From an uncultured Clostridium sp. (GTDB lineage: Bacteria > Bacillota > Clostridia > TANB77 > CAG-508), in assembly GCA_947646915.1 (NCBI GenBank), contig CANSII010000003.1, positions 5,010 through 69,009 on the forward strand: 64,000 nucleotides of DNA, written 5' to 3'. Each line of letters begins with the position of its first letter. Position 1 is the first letter of the stretch. Positions 27,686 to 39,079 of this stretch are shown here, piece by piece. The notes under the pieces were generated by a model, which saw nothing but the letters and a program-made list of their open reading frames with translations, was not told the DNA's origin and ran no database searches. The translations under genes were made by a program, and so were the position numbers.

Positions 27686-27775
27686 AAAAATGTCCAAGAG
27701 GGACATTTCCTTTTTAAGTCAGCTGTTAAAGCTATGCTTGTTACAGATGACTTATGCAGAGCTGGACATTTTTTA
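27686..27775 (-). repeat. GGACA-box element, short version
   Basis: Ends AAAAAATGTCCA / TGGACATTTTT. Shares CAGATGACTTATGCAGAGCTGGACATTTTT with 15091-15120 and 17690-17714. Confidence 0.7.
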
Positions 27776-27778
27776 ATT

Positions 27779-28597
27779 TTATGCAGTTTTCAGTTCTAAT
27801 CTTAATTTGTCTGCAATCATAGCAATAAATTCTGAATTAGTTGGCTTTCCCTTAGCTGCTGAAATAGTATAACCAAATATATTTTCAACAGTTTTTTGAT
27901 CTCCCCTCCCCCAAGCAACTTCAATAGCATGTCTAATTGCACGTTCAACTCTTGAAGGTGTAGTCTCAAATTTATACGCAATTTTAGGATATAAACTTTT
28001 AGTAATTTGATTTATTACATCAATATCTTTTACAACCATTATAATAGCTTCTCTTAAATATTGGTAACCTTTAATGTGTGCAGGTACACCAACTTCATGA
28101 ATAATATTTGTTACTAATGCTTCTAGATTTTTCTCACTATTTTCACCATTTAAAGGAATTTCTACATATTGTGGCTTAATCTCTCTAGTTGTAAAATTAC
28201 TTGAATTTTCATTTGGATTATAATTTTTAAGTTCTTTAATCCTTTTTATTAATAACTCAATATCAAAAGGTTTAACAACATAATATTCTGCGCCTAAATT
28301 AACTGCTTTTTTTGTTATCTTATCTTGTCCAACTGCTGATAACATTATACAGATAGGTTTGTTTTCATTTTTTAATCCACTTATTTTTTCTAAAACTCCA
28401 ATTCCATCTAAATGTGGCATTATCACATCTAATAAAGCAACATCTGGTTCTTGATTAGTTATCATTTCTACTGCTTCTTCTCCATCTTTGGCAATTCCTA
28501 TCACTTCCATATCATCTTGCTCTTTAATATAAGATGCAAGTGTTTTCGCAAATTCTTGATTATCATCTGCTATTATTATTTTGATTTTCTCTTTCAT
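27779..28597 (-). CDS. spo0A: sporulation master regulator Spo0A
   Basis: Receiver domain ([20 protein letters not shown]) plus the Spo0A-specific C-terminus [15 protein letters not shown]...[16 protein letters not shown]. Confidence 0.97.
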   Translation of the reverse strand: MKEKIKIIIADDNQEFAKTLASYIKEQDDMEVIGIAKDGEEAVEMITNQEPDVALLDVIMPHLDGIGVLEKISGLKNENKPICIMLSAVGQDKITKKAVNLGAEYYVVKPFDIELLIKRIKELKNYNPNENSSNFTTREIKPQYVEIPLNGENSEKNLEALVTNIIHEVGVPAHIKGYQYLREAIIMVVKDIDVINQITKSLYPKIAYKFETTPSRVERAIRHAIEVAWGRGDQKTVENIFGYTISAAKGKPTNSEFIAMIADKLRLELKTA

Positions 28598-28724
28598 TTA
28601 TATTCCTCCTAAAATTTACTTTTTTACAATCAACTAAATAAAATTTCAACTGTAAAATTTTTACAGTTCTTATTATACTTTAAATATTTTTATTTTTTTA
28701 CAAAAATTTATAAAAGTTTCATTT

Positions 28725-29357
28725 TTATATACATTTATTAATTATTTTTTTAGATAAAATTCTATATTCTATTAGATTAATATTTTTTTTATCAAAATCA
28801 TCTACAAATTTATATACTTCGCTTTCTTCTATTTGTATTTTACAAATAATTATATTTGAATACTCAAAATCTACAATATTTATTTTATTTTTTCTACAAT
28901 AATATTTAAAAGTTTCTAAATAATTATATTCTATTTTACATTTTATTTCTGTTCCTATACATTTTTCAACAATATGACATTTTTCTATTGCATTAAGTGT
29001 TACATCAGAATATGCTTTAACTAATCCTCCAGTTCCTAATAATATTCCTCCAAAATATCTAGTTACTATAGCTAATACATTACATAAATTATTTTTTTGT
29101 AAAATATTTAACATTGGACCTCCTGATGTACCTGCTGGCTCACCATCATCACTTGACTTTTCTTCAATTTTTTCATTTTCTACAATTCTATATGCAATAC
29201 AATTATGTCTAGCATCAAAATATTTCTTTTTTGTACTTTTTATTATTTCTTCTGCTTCTTGTTTAGTATCTACTTTTATTAAATTACAAATAAATTTTGA
29301 CTTTTTTACAACTATTTCTGTTTGAATATTTTCTTTTATTGTTATAAAATTTTTCAT
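28725..29357 (-). CDS. YigZ/IMPACT family protein
   Basis: DDGEPAGTSGGPML motif, 210 aa. Confidence 0.85.
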   Translation of the reverse strand: MKNFITIKENIQTEIVVKKSKFICNLIKVDTKQEAEEIIKSTKKKYFDARHNCIAYRIVENEKIEEKSSDDGEPAGTSGGPMLNILQKNNLCNVLAIVTRYFGGILLGTGGLVKAYSDVTLNAIEKCHIVEKCIGTEIKCKIEYNYLETFKYYCRKNKINIVDFEYSNIIICKIQIEESEVYKFVDDFDKKNINLIEYRILSKKIINKCI

Positions 29358-29479
29358 CTTTTTCTTATATCCCTCAAAAAAATATTATTTAAACTATATA
29401 TCTCTCGAAATTGCTAATATATAAATATTTACACAGGATTGATTGTAACTGGAGATTATTTATAAATTCTTATAAAATA

Positions 29480-30727
29480 TTATTTTGTAACATTTCCTGC
29501 AACATAACCAGTTGAATAAGCAATTTGAAGATTAAACCCACCTGTATATGCGTCAACATCAATTATTTCTCCAGCAAAATATAATCCTTCTATAATTTTA
29601 GATTCCATTGTTTTAGGATTAATTTCTTTTATATTAATTCCACCACTGGTAATTATCGCTTCTTCTATAGGTCTAAATCCACTTATAGCAATTTCAAAAT
29701 TCTTTAATAAATTAACTAAACTCCTTCTCTCTTCTTTAGTTATTTCATTAACTTTTTTATTAGCATCTATTTTACTTTTCTCAATAATAACTGGTATTAA
29801 TTTTTGTGGAATAAGCTTATTTAGACTATTTTTAAATTGTTTATTTTTCAATTCTTCAAAATCTCTTAAAATTCTTTGATCTAATTTTTCTTCTGATAAA
29901 CTTGGTTTAAAATCTATTTTTAAAACTATCTTTTTACTTTGTACTAATTGATTTATATTTTTATATCTAACTAAATGTGCAGATCCACTTAATATAGTTG
30001 GACCAGATACTCCAAAATGAGTAAATATCATTTCACCAAAGTCATCATAAATTATTTTCTTATTATCAAGGTTTTTTAATTCAATCTTAACATTTTTTAA
30101 AGATAGTCCTTGTAATTTTTTACATAAATTTATATCATAACTTTCTAATGGCACTAAAGATGGTTTTAGTTCTGTGACAGTATGTCCTAACCTTCTTGCA
30201 ATTTTATATCCATCGCCTGTAGAACCTGTTAAAGGATAGCTTTTGCCTCCTGTGGCTAAAATTACTTTATCTGCTTGAAATATATTATTTTCTGTTTTTA
30301 CATTAAATCCTTTTTCTGTTTTTATAATCTCTGTAACTTTATGATTATATTTAATATCTACATCTGATTTTTTTAGTCTTTTGTATAGACACTCCAAAAC
30401 ATCAGATGATTTATCTGTTAAAGGGAATACTCTATTTCCTCTTTCAACTTTTACTTCTAAACCTTGCTCTTTTAAAAATTCTACTATGTCTTTATTAGTA
30501 TAACTTTTAAAGCAACTATATAAAAATTGACCATTTCCTGGAGTATTTGAAATAAATTCTTCAATTGGTAAAGATGATGTAATATTACATCTACCTTTTC
30601 CTGTTATTAATAATTTCCTTCCTAGCCTTTCCATTTTCTCTAGTAATATAACTTTATTTCCATTTTCAGCAGAAGCTATTGCTGACATCATTCCAGCTGG
30701 TCCTCCACCTATTACTGCTACTTTCAT
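29480..30727 (-). CDS. HI0933/BaiN-like FAD-dependent oxidoreductase
   Basis: N-terminal VAVIGGGPAGMMSA, 415 aa, C-terminal GEIIDVDAYTGGFNLQIAYSTG. Confidence 0.85.
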   Translation of the reverse strand: MKVAVIGGGPAGMMSAIASAENGNKVILLEKMERLGRKLLITGKGRCNITSSLPIEEFISNTPGNGQFLYSCFKSYTNKDIVEFLKEQGLEVKVERGNRVFPLTDKSSDVLECLYKRLKKSDVDIKYNHKVTEIIKTEKGFNVKTENNIFQADKVILATGGKSYPLTGSTGDGYKIARRLGHTVTELKPSLVPLESYDINLCKKLQGLSLKNVKIELKNLDNKKIIYDDFGEMIFTHFGVSGPTILSGSAHLVRYKNINQLVQSKKIVLKIDFKPSLSEEKLDQRILRDFEELKNKQFKNSLNKLIPQKLIPVIIEKSKIDANKKVNEITKEERRSLVNLLKNFEIAISGFRPIEEAIITSGGINIKEINPKTMESKIIEGLYFAGEIIDVDAYTGGFNLQIAYSTGYVAGNVTK

Positions 30728-30763
30728 AAATATCCCTTCAATCTTTATTATATAATATATATT

Positions 30764-31200
30764 TTAAGTCATAATAATATTAATTTAAAAAAATGAGTTT
30801 GACCTGTGTTTCTATTCTCTTTAACCCATTATAGTGTGTCTCTTTTCTTTGAATTTTCAGTGTCTTTAACGCCTTGGAAAACGGAATTTTTGAAAATTCA
30901 TATTATTATGACTTAATAATATGAATTTAAAAAAATGAGTTTGACCTGTGTTTCTATTCACTTTAACCTGTTATAGTGTGTCTCTTTTCTTTGAATTCTC
31001 AGTGTCTTTAACGCCTTGGAAAACGGAATTTTTGAAAATTCATATTATTATGACTTAATAATATGAATTTAAAAAAATGAGTTTGACCTGTGTTTCTATT
31101 CACTTTAACCTGTTATAGTGTGTCTCTTTTCTTTGAATTCTCAGTGTCTTTAACGCCTTGGAAAACGGAATTTTTGAAAATTCATATTATTATGACTTAA
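30764..31200 (+). repeat. three tandem R140 elements (142-bp period)
   Basis: Units 30772-30908, 30914-31050 and 31056-31192, separated by TGACT. The whole array is bracketed by inverted TTAAGTCA / TGACTTAA. Units 2 and 3 are identical by eye; unit 1 differs at a few positions. Confidence 0.9.
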
Positions 31201-31229
31201 TAAAAATATATCTTCAAAAAAAATTATTT

Positions 31230-32480
31230 TTACTTCATTTCCTGTATTGCTTTTAGTATTCCAAATTTTCCATAGTCATAAGTAAGACCACCTTGCATAT
31301 AAGCAATATAAGGCTCTCTTATTGGACCATCACAACTCAATTCAATAGTTGAACCCTCTGTAAAAGTACCTGCAGCCATTATAACTTTATCTTCATAACC
31401 TCCCATTTCACTTGGAAATGGAATTACATTTGAATCAATAGGAGAGCCTTTTTGTATTCCTTGACAAAATTTAACTAGCTTCTCCTCTGAACCAAATTTA
31501 ATTGTTTGAACAATATCAGCTCTTTTTACATCAAATTTTGGCTCTACATTATAACCCACTCTTTCTAAAATTCTACTTGCAAAAACAGCCGTTTTAACAC
31601 TACTTGCAACAACTTGTGGTGCAAAGAATAGACCTTTTATAAAGTTGGTATTTTGTCCTAATGAAGGACCAATTTCTTTGCCTATACCTGGTGCAGTTAA
31701 TCTTTCTGCACATAATTCTATTATCTCTCTTCTTCCTACTATATATGCACCTGATGTAGCTATCCCTGCTCCTAAGTTTTTCATTAAAGACCCTACAGCA
31801 ATATCTGCCCCTATTTCTATTGGTTCTCTGTCTTGAACAAATTCTCCATAACAATTGTCTACCATTATTATAACTTCTTCATTTACTTCTCTTATAGCTT
31901 TTATTACTTTTTCTATTTTTTCAATCGTTAAGCTTTCTCTAGTTGAATATCCTCTAGATCTTTGTATTTCAATTAATTTTACATCTTTTTTTGAAAGTCT
32001 CTCTTGTATTGTTTTTATATCAAAATCATTTTCTATAAGCTCTATTTGTTCATATTTTATTCCATATGATTTTAATGAACTTTTACTAACTTCATTTCCA
32101 CACCCAATTACTGTTTGCAATGTATCATATGGTTCTCCTGTTATACTTATCATCGTTTCATTTGGACGTAATAATGCCCCCAATGTTATTGATAGTGCAT
32201 GTGTTCCTGAAATCAGTTGTGCTCTCACCAACGCATCTTCAGCTTTGAATACATTTGCATATATTTCTTCTATTTTGTTTCTTCCAGCTTCATCTATTCC
32301 ATATCCAGTTGAAGAATTTAAGTGCATTTCTTGCAAGTTACATTCTTGTAATGCTTGTAATACTTTTATGCTATTTTGTTCTGCTATTTGTTCTATTTCT
32401 TTGAATTTTGGTTCTATCTCTTTTTCTACTTGTTTTGATAATTCTTCGATTTCTTTATCAATTCCTAATTTTTGTAACAT
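31230..32480 (-). CDS. methionine gamma-lyase family protein (aluminium-resistance/YnbB-like, PLP enzyme)
   Basis: 416 aa, typical YnbB-family length and N-terminus; family assignment from recall. Confidence 0.75.
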   Translation of the reverse strand: MLQKLGIDKEIEELSKQVEKEIEPKFKEIEQIAEQNSIKVLQALQECNLQEMHLNSSTGYGIDEAGRNKIEEIYANVFKAEDALVRAQLISGTHALSITLGALLRPNETMISITGEPYDTLQTVIGCGNEVSKSSLKSYGIKYEQIELIENDFDIKTIQERLSKKDVKLIEIQRSRGYSTRESLTIEKIEKVIKAIREVNEEVIIMVDNCYGEFVQDREPIEIGADIAVGSLMKNLGAGIATSGAYIVGRREIIELCAERLTAPGIGKEIGPSLGQNTNFIKGLFFAPQVVASSVKTAVFASRILERVGYNVEPKFDVKRADIVQTIKFGSEEKLVKFCQGIQKGSPIDSNVIPFPSEMGGYEDKVIMAAGTFTEGSTIELSCDGPIREPYIAYMQGGLTYDYGKFGILKAIQEMK

Positions 32481-32871
32481 TTTTTCATCTCCATTCTTTT
32501 TTATACATTGTACACCTTTTTTATATAAATTGCAATCATTTTTTGGCTTTTTGTTGCACTTTTAGTTATATCTTTCTATGCTATTAGAATTCATCCATCA
32601 TATTCTTTTAGCATTCAATTTTAAATTAAATTATTTCATAGGCTACTATATCAAATACTTTATATAATTCTAAATTTACCTTTAATATACTTCTCAAATT
32701 GTTAAATGATACTCATATTTAATTATATTTTTACGTTAGCCAATTTTAGTGATTGTCAAATAATCTTTATTCTCATATATTGGTAATAACTCATTTTAAA
32801 TGATTCTGTAATTCATATTCTCAATATCCTTTTTTATATCTTTCTTTTATTTCTATCAAAATATTTAAAAT

Positions 32872-35405
32872 TTAATTTAACATCTTGTTTATCCAAATTT
32901 TCCCTTTATTATTAATTTTTATTGTAACTTCACCATTTTTATCTGTTCTATAGACCTTACAACCTAATCCGTTGTAATCTTTTTAAAACTCTATCATTTG
33001 GATGACCAAAGGTGTTATCTTTTCCAACTCCAATAAGTGCAACTTTAGGTTGAGCTACATTTAAAAATTCTTGCATTGATGAAGATTTCGAACCATGATG
33101 AGCCACTTTTAATATTGTAGATTTTAATGTACTAGTATCTTCATATTTTTCTACAATAGCTTTTTCTGCTATTTCTTCAATATCTCCTGTAAATAACATT
33201 GAAAAATTTTTGTACACCATTTTGCAAACTAAAGAATTATTATTAATATTATTTTGACTAATCACATTTTTTGAATTTGGCCACAACACATCAAAATACA
33301 AGTCTTTCTCTATATTTATTCTATGTCCTGCTTCTACTACCTGTACTTTTACATTACGTTCTTTTACTATTTCTATAAATTCTTGGTAATTAGTTGAAGT
33401 TTGAAATTGATTTCCTATTATGACATTTTCCACTTTTATTTCTTGTAATAAATATAGGATAGAACCGTACATGATCATTATCAAAATGACTTACAATAAC
33501 AATATCTATTTTTGTAAAGCCCCTATCTAAAATATAGGGTACTAAAGTATTTTTGCCTACATTAGAATTCAAATCACCACCACCATCAATTAAAATTGTT
33601 TTTCTTGATGAAGTAACAATTAAACAAGCATCTCCTTGTCCCACATCAATAAAATAAATATTCAAATTTTTTGGTAAAAAAGCAATAAATAGAACCATAA
33701 TTAAAGTAATCAATAGAACCTGTTTAAAAACTTTAGCATTTTGTTTAATTTTATATTTAATAAGAGCAATAACATTTCTTAATCTAATTTGTGTTTTACT
33801 TAAATTTTTTAGAGAATATAATTTATATATTTGAATTAAAATAAAAATAACAAGCCAATATAATACTATTTTAAACATTGATGGTGTTGGAAGATAAATT
33901 TTCGAATACTTTAATTCTGATACTTTAGAAATATGTAATAAAATTTGAATAAAAAAATCTAAAAATGGTAAGATAATTTGTGAAACATTAAAATTAAAAT
34001 ATGATATTATTATTAATAAAAAACCTAACATAACCATTGGTCCTATTATAAAGTTTATTAATAAATTTGAAATTAAAAAATATGGATTAAATGTGTTTAA
34101 TTTGTATAATATTATGGGTAATATAACAATCTGGACTGAAATTGACACTGATAAAACATTTTTTATATAATCTAAAAACTTTTGTATTTTAGGTTTAATT
34201 CTATACTTATACAGTTTGTTCTTAATATTTATATTTTTTAGTATTTTTAAAATATCTTTATTAAAAGCAATTATACCAATAACCCCTCCATAAGAAAGTT
34301 GTAATCCTATATTATTTAGTAAAAATGGATTATAAATCAAAATTACTAATAATGATAATGATAAACTTGTCCATATATCATTTTTAGTATAAATTATTTT
34401 AGATAACAGCAAAATTATTCCCATTACACCTGCTCTTGTAATTGAAGGAGAAAAATTTGTCATAAACATATAAAAAATTAAAACAAAAATACATGCAATA
34501 TATATTCTTCTTTTTCCTAAAATACTTTTGAATATTATATTTATGCCCATAATAACATATGTGACATGCATTCCAGAAACTGCTAGAATATGTGATAAAC
34601 TTGCATTTCTAAAATCTTCTTGTATTTCTTCATCCAAATCACTTTTATCTCCTAATATTATGCCTACTAATATTGATGAATTTTCTTTTATTGCTTTTTT
34701 AACATTTTGTTTTATATTATTAGAAATTTGATTTGATAACTGAAATAAGAAATTAGCTTTTTCCTTTTCTATTACTTTAACATCTTTACACTTTATAGTT
34801 CCATAAATTTTTAATTGTTTTAAATATTCTGAATAATCAAATCCTTTATAATTTCTTTGAATTTCTGGCTTTATATACTGTCCTAAAATATTAATTTTAT
34901 CTCCATATTCTAAATTAAAATTTTTATTTACACTAATATAAAATCTTAAATTCATTCCTTTATATTTAGATTGTATCTTATATTTGTTATAATACTGTTT
35001 TTCTTGTTTATTACTTATTACAATTCCTGTTAATTCTATATTTTCTAATTTTGATAAAGTACTATATATTATTTCATAGCTTTTATTTTCATATAAAACA
35101 ATTGAATTTGATATTGATGAAAATATAACGATTACTAAAATGACTTTTGAATTTAAAAATATTTTTAAATATCTAAAATATCTTTTTATAAATGAAAATG
35201 ATAAAATTTTAAAACTTAATTTTTTTAAGTTACTTTTTGTACTATTACCTCTTAGCAATTTAAACTCATTGTTTTTATTTCTTCTATATATTAATAATAC
35301 TGCAATTACTAGAATATTTAATGGGACTATACTAAATTTAAAGTATAGCCCCACTATTATACCTATTATATATCCTAGAACTGCAATTAATATTGGTCTT
35401 TTCAT
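32872..35405 (-). pseudogene. comEC: competence protein ComEC/Rec2, two frameshifts
   Basis: Three collinear pieces: 33390-35405 (membrane domain ... SHFDNDH), 32957-33484 (YGSILYLLQ...AHHGSKSS...FGHPNDRVLKRLQ) and 32872-32968 (GLGCKVYRTDKNGEVTIKINNKGKIWINKMLN*). Shifts near 33466-33474 and 32968-32975. Confidence 0.8.
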
Positions 35406-35439
35406 TTTACCTCCATTACTACAGTAAAGTTTTTATTTG

Positions 35440-36882
35440 TTAGAAAATTCTTCTTGCACCAACATAATTATTTTTATAATATGAACTAGAAAGCAAAGAT
35501 GTCCTTACACCTGTTTTTGAATTTTCTGCATGTATAAAAGTATTTCCCCCAATATAAATACCAACATGATTAATTCCTGACTTTCCAAACATAACTAGAT
35601 CTCCTGCTTGTAAGTTTGTTACAGATATTCCATTACTATATTGTGCAGCTGCTGTTCTATTTAAATTCACTCCAAAATGTTTATATACATATTGTGTAAA
35701 TCCTGAACAGTCAAATCCTTTAGGAGTTGTTCCTCCATATACATATTTGCAACCTAAATATTGTTTTGCATATGATACAACATCATTTCCTTTACTAGAA
35801 GTTTCTGCTACCGGAGTATTTGGCGTTGTATTTTGTGTTGTTGTAGTTCCTGTTGTTGAATTCTTATTTGCTGTATCTGTTTCTGTAGTTGCATTTGTAT
35901 TTGTTGTTGCTCTTTGATTAATTGAACTTCTTGATGTAGATTGTTTTGTTGATGATAATAATGTTTCTAATATATAACCTTTTTTACCACCAACTTCTAC
36001 ATAACACCATCCTGATTCTGTTGAAATTACTGCAACTTCTTGATTTACTGATAATTGTGTTACTATACTTGCAGTTTTACTTGCAGTTTTTCTTAAGTTT
36101 ACAGTTTGTGAATTTATATACATCTTTTTAGTTTGAGGTGTTGCAGGTTTTTCTACAACTGGTTGTGTTGATACTGGTGTTGTTTCTTCAACTTTCTCAG
36201 GTTGTTTTGTTTGTAAGTTTTCTAAAACTATCCAGCCCTTTTTTCCATCTTTTTTTTCTATATATGCCCATTTATTTATTATTTCTTTTACTTCAACTTC
36301 TTCATCTTTTTTTACTTCTTCCATTTCTATCGCTGTTATTAATGGAATTATTTTTAATTTAGAATCATTTACAATAATATATTTTTCACCTTTTTTTATT
36401 TCTTCTGAAGTTTCTACATTAGAAACTGTTTCTTGACTTGGCTCATTTTCATTATTATTTGATTCTTCTTGACTATTATCTTGTTGATTTTCTTGGCTGT
36501 TTGATTGATTATTCTCTTGTGTTTCATTTGGTGCTGGTTCTTGTTCTGTTTTGTTTTCTGTATTTAATGTTTCTGTTGTATTCTTTATTATGTTTGCTTC
36601 TACTTCTTCTTTTACTTTTAATAAGTCTTGTCTTATATATCCAGTTATTCTTTTGTATTTTACTTTATACCATTCCCCTGTTTTTTCTAATACTTCTACG
36701 TCTTCTCCTTCTGATGCTAATTCTAATACTTTTGAGTCTAGAGATGGTTTTTCCCTAAGTTTGGCTGTTTCTACTGTTATTTTTGCTGTATTTGCTGCAA
36801 AACTTATATTTATAAAAAGCATTACTGATAAACTTATTAGTGCCATTAATAAAATGCTTTTTATATTCATTTTTGATTTCAT
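35440..36882 (-). CDS. secreted SH3b-repeat NlpC/P60 (C40) peptidoglycan endopeptidase
   Basis: Signal peptide, three SH3b-like repeats, low-complexity N/Q/T/E linkers, catalytic GFDCSGFTQYVY...HVGIYIG. Confidence 0.85.
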   Translation of the reverse strand: MKSKMNIKSILLMALISLSVMLFINISFAANTAKITVETAKLREKPSLDSKVLELASEGEDVEVLEKTGEWYKVKYKRITGYIRQDLLKVKEEVEANIIKNTTETLNTENKTEQEPAPNETQENNQSNSQENQQDNSQEESNNNENEPSQETVSNVETSEEIKKGEKYIIVNDSKLKIIPLITAIEMEEVKKDEEVEVKEIINKWAYIEKKDGKKGWIVLENLQTKQPEKVEETTPVSTQPVVEKPATPQTKKMYINSQTVNLRKTASKTASIVTQLSVNQEVAVISTESGWCYVEVGGKKGYILETLLSSTKQSTSRSSINQRATTNTNATTETDTANKNSTTGTTTTQNTTPNTPVAETSSKGNDVVSYAKQYLGCKYVYGGTTPKGFDCSGFTQYVYKHFGVNLNRTAAAQYSNGISVTNLQAGDLVMFGKSGINHVGIYIGGNTFIHAENSKTGVRTSLLSSSYYKNNYVGARRIF

Positions 36883-37098
36883 TGTTATACTCCTTATTAT
36901 ATTGTATTAATAAACTTTAATTTTTGTTCTAGTATACAAAAAAATAACTTTTTTCTTATACTATCAATTATTCTTTCGTTGTTGATTATAACACAAATTA
37001 AAAGCACTGTCAAATGTAAGTCTCAAAATCCTTTCTTCCGTATAATTCTATGTTTATGATTTATAACTAATATATATTTCAACATTATATATTTTGTA

Positions 37099-38028
37099 TT
37101 AAATATTTTGGTCAATTGGTGGAACTAATTGTTTTTTCCTTGCAACAACACCCTCTAAAAATGTTCTATTATTTTCTAATTTTTTATTATAAGCTTTTTC
37201 AACAGCATCTGTTCTTGAACCCAATGCAATTACTTCAGAATTACAATTTAATATATCTGTTATTGCAAGTACAAATAAACTTAATCCTTTACTTTCAATC
37301 TCTTTATTAATTTCCTTTTCTAACTTTTCTTGTCTTTTTAATATATCATCTATATTAATAGTATTTAATTGTGCAATTACATACTTTGTTCCTTCCTTCT
37401 CAAATGCTTTTGCATCTAATTTTACTAATTCTTCTTCTGTATAATCATCTAAACTTGTTCCTGCTTTTAACATTTTCAAGCCATATTCTTCTATATTAAT
37501 ATTAGCTATCTTTCCTAATTCTTTTAGTACTTTTTCATCATATTCAGTTGCTATTGGTGATTTTAATAATAATGTATCTGAAATTATACAACTTGCCATT
37601 AAAATTGCTTCTTCTTTATTTATTTCAAATCCAAATTTTTTAAATTCTTCATATAGTATTGTTGCTGTACATCCATATGGTTTTGCTGTATAATATATTG
37701 GTTTTGTTGTTCTAAAATCATCTATTCTATGATGATCTACTACTTCTATTATTTCAGCATTTTCTATTCCTTTTACACTTTGGTTAAATTCATTATGGTC
37801 AATTAATATTACTTTTTGTCCTTCTTCAACTTTTTCTATTAATTCAGGTATTTCTATTCCCAAATTTTCTAATATATATTTTGTTTCTTTGTTTGGTTCT
37901 CCTAGTCTTACTGCTTTCGATTTTGTATTACCCATTCTTTTGTTTAATCTTTCTTTTATTATACTTGAACATATTGAATCTGTGTCTGGACTTTTGTGTC
38001 CAAATATTAAAATATTTTCATTTAACAT
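37099..38028 (-). CDS. ppaC: manganese-dependent inorganic pyrophosphatase (family II, DHH)
   Basis: HKSPDTDS, DHNE, VVDHHRI, 309 aa. Confidence 0.9.
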   Translation of the reverse strand: MLNENILIFGHKSPDTDSICSSIIKERLNKRMGNTKSKAVRLGEPNKETKYILENLGIEIPELIEKVEEGQKVILIDHNEFNQSVKGIENAEIIEVVDHHRIDDFRTTKPIYYTAKPYGCTATILYEEFKKFGFEINKEEAILMASCIISDTLLLKSPIATEYDEKVLKELGKIANINIEEYGLKMLKAGTSLDDYTEEELVKLDAKAFEKEGTKYVIAQLNTINIDDILKRQEKLEKEINKEIESKGLSLFVLAITDILNCNSEVIALGSRTDAVEKAYNKKLENNRTFLEGVVARKKQLVPPIDQNI

Positions 38029-38108
38029 AATTTCATCATCCCTTCTTTTCTTTACTATAAAATTCTAAATATCTATTTTTAATTTTATTATATACAACAA
38101 GCGAACAT

Positions 38109-38996
38109 TTAAGTTTTATTTTTTTCTTTTAAAATCTTTTCTAATTCTTCTTTAGAAAAAACATACTTTTTATTGCAAAAATGACATGTTAATTCAGCTT
38201 TTTCATCTTCTTCAATCATTTCTTTTAAAACTTTTTTATCTAATGTAGCTAATCCTTCTTCCATATGCTCTTTTGAACAATCACATTCATATATTGGTGT
38301 AATATTTTCTTCTATTATTTTAACATTTTCATCACCTGATACTTTTTTTGCAATATCCACTAAACTTAGGTTTTGATCTAACATTTTTGAAATTGCTCCA
38401 GCTTTAAAAATTGATTGCTCAACTTGTGATATTTCTTCATCAGTTGCATCAGGCATTGGTGTAATAATATATCCTCCTGCTGATTTTACTCCATTTTTAT
38501 CAACTAAAACTCCTAAGGCTACTGCTGTATTTTTTTGTTCTGATTTTGCAAAATATTCTGCAAAGTCTTCTGCTATTTCTCCTGATACTAAAGGGCATAT
38601 TCCTATATATGGTTCTTTAAGTCCAATATCTTTGATAACATTTACAAATCCTGCATTTCCAACAGCTCCACCAACATCTAATTTTTCCATATCATTTAAT
38701 GGTAAATCAACAATTGGATTTGTAACATATCCTTTTATTTTAGGATATTTATTTGCTGTTGCTAGTAGCATTCCTATAGGTCCATTTCCTTTTAATTGAA
38801 CTGTTATTTTGCCCTTAATCCCTTTCATTTCACTTGCCATTATTGTAGTTATTGTTAATAATCGTCCAAATGCTGCTGTTACAACTGGACTTAAATCATG
38901 TATTTTTCTTGCTTTTTCTACTAATTCTGTTGTATCTGCACATATTATTGATATTTTTTCATTATATGCTAAAAACTTGATTATTTTATCTTGCAT
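38109..38996 (-). CDS. hslO: redox-regulated chaperone Hsp33
   Basis: 295 aa, C-terminal zinc centre CDCS...CHFC. Confidence 0.9.
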   Translation of the reverse strand: MQDKIIKFLAYNEKISIICADTTELVEKARKIHDLSPVVTAAFGRLLTITTIMASEMKGIKGKITVQLKGNGPIGMLLATANKYPKIKGYVTNPIVDLPLNDMEKLDVGGAVGNAGFVNVIKDIGLKEPYIGICPLVSGEIAEDFAEYFAKSEQKNTAVALGVLVDKNGVKSAGGYIITPMPDATDEEISQVEQSIFKAGAISKMLDQNLSLVDIAKKVSGDENVKIIEENITPIYECDCSKEHMEEGLATLDKKVLKEMIEEDEKAELTCHFCNKKYVFSKEELEKILKEKNKT

Positions 38997-39079
38997 TTAT
39001 ACTCTCCTACTTTTAATTATTTAAAGTTTCGTTTTTTTTATTTACGAAATCAATTATAGCATTTCAAAATGTATATTTA

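Noticed and set aside
30793-30835. Tiny ORF inside R140 (MSLTCVSILFNPL / MSLTVVRYSL)
   Set aside because: No RBS (it is preceded by an A-run). Length and sequence are not conserved between copies, and stops fall at different places.
30764-31200. Possible CRISPR array
   Set aside because: The period is 142 bp with only 5-nt TGACT between units, so there are no unique spacers. No cas genes are in the window.
18357-35405. Explaining all split genes as homopolymer sequencing errors
   Set aside because: Only partly rejected. The recombinase and transposase shifts do sit in A/T runs and could be errors. The spoVB, yunB and both comEC shifts are not in homopolymers, and no long housekeeping ORF is affected. 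Raw reads are needed to settle the question.
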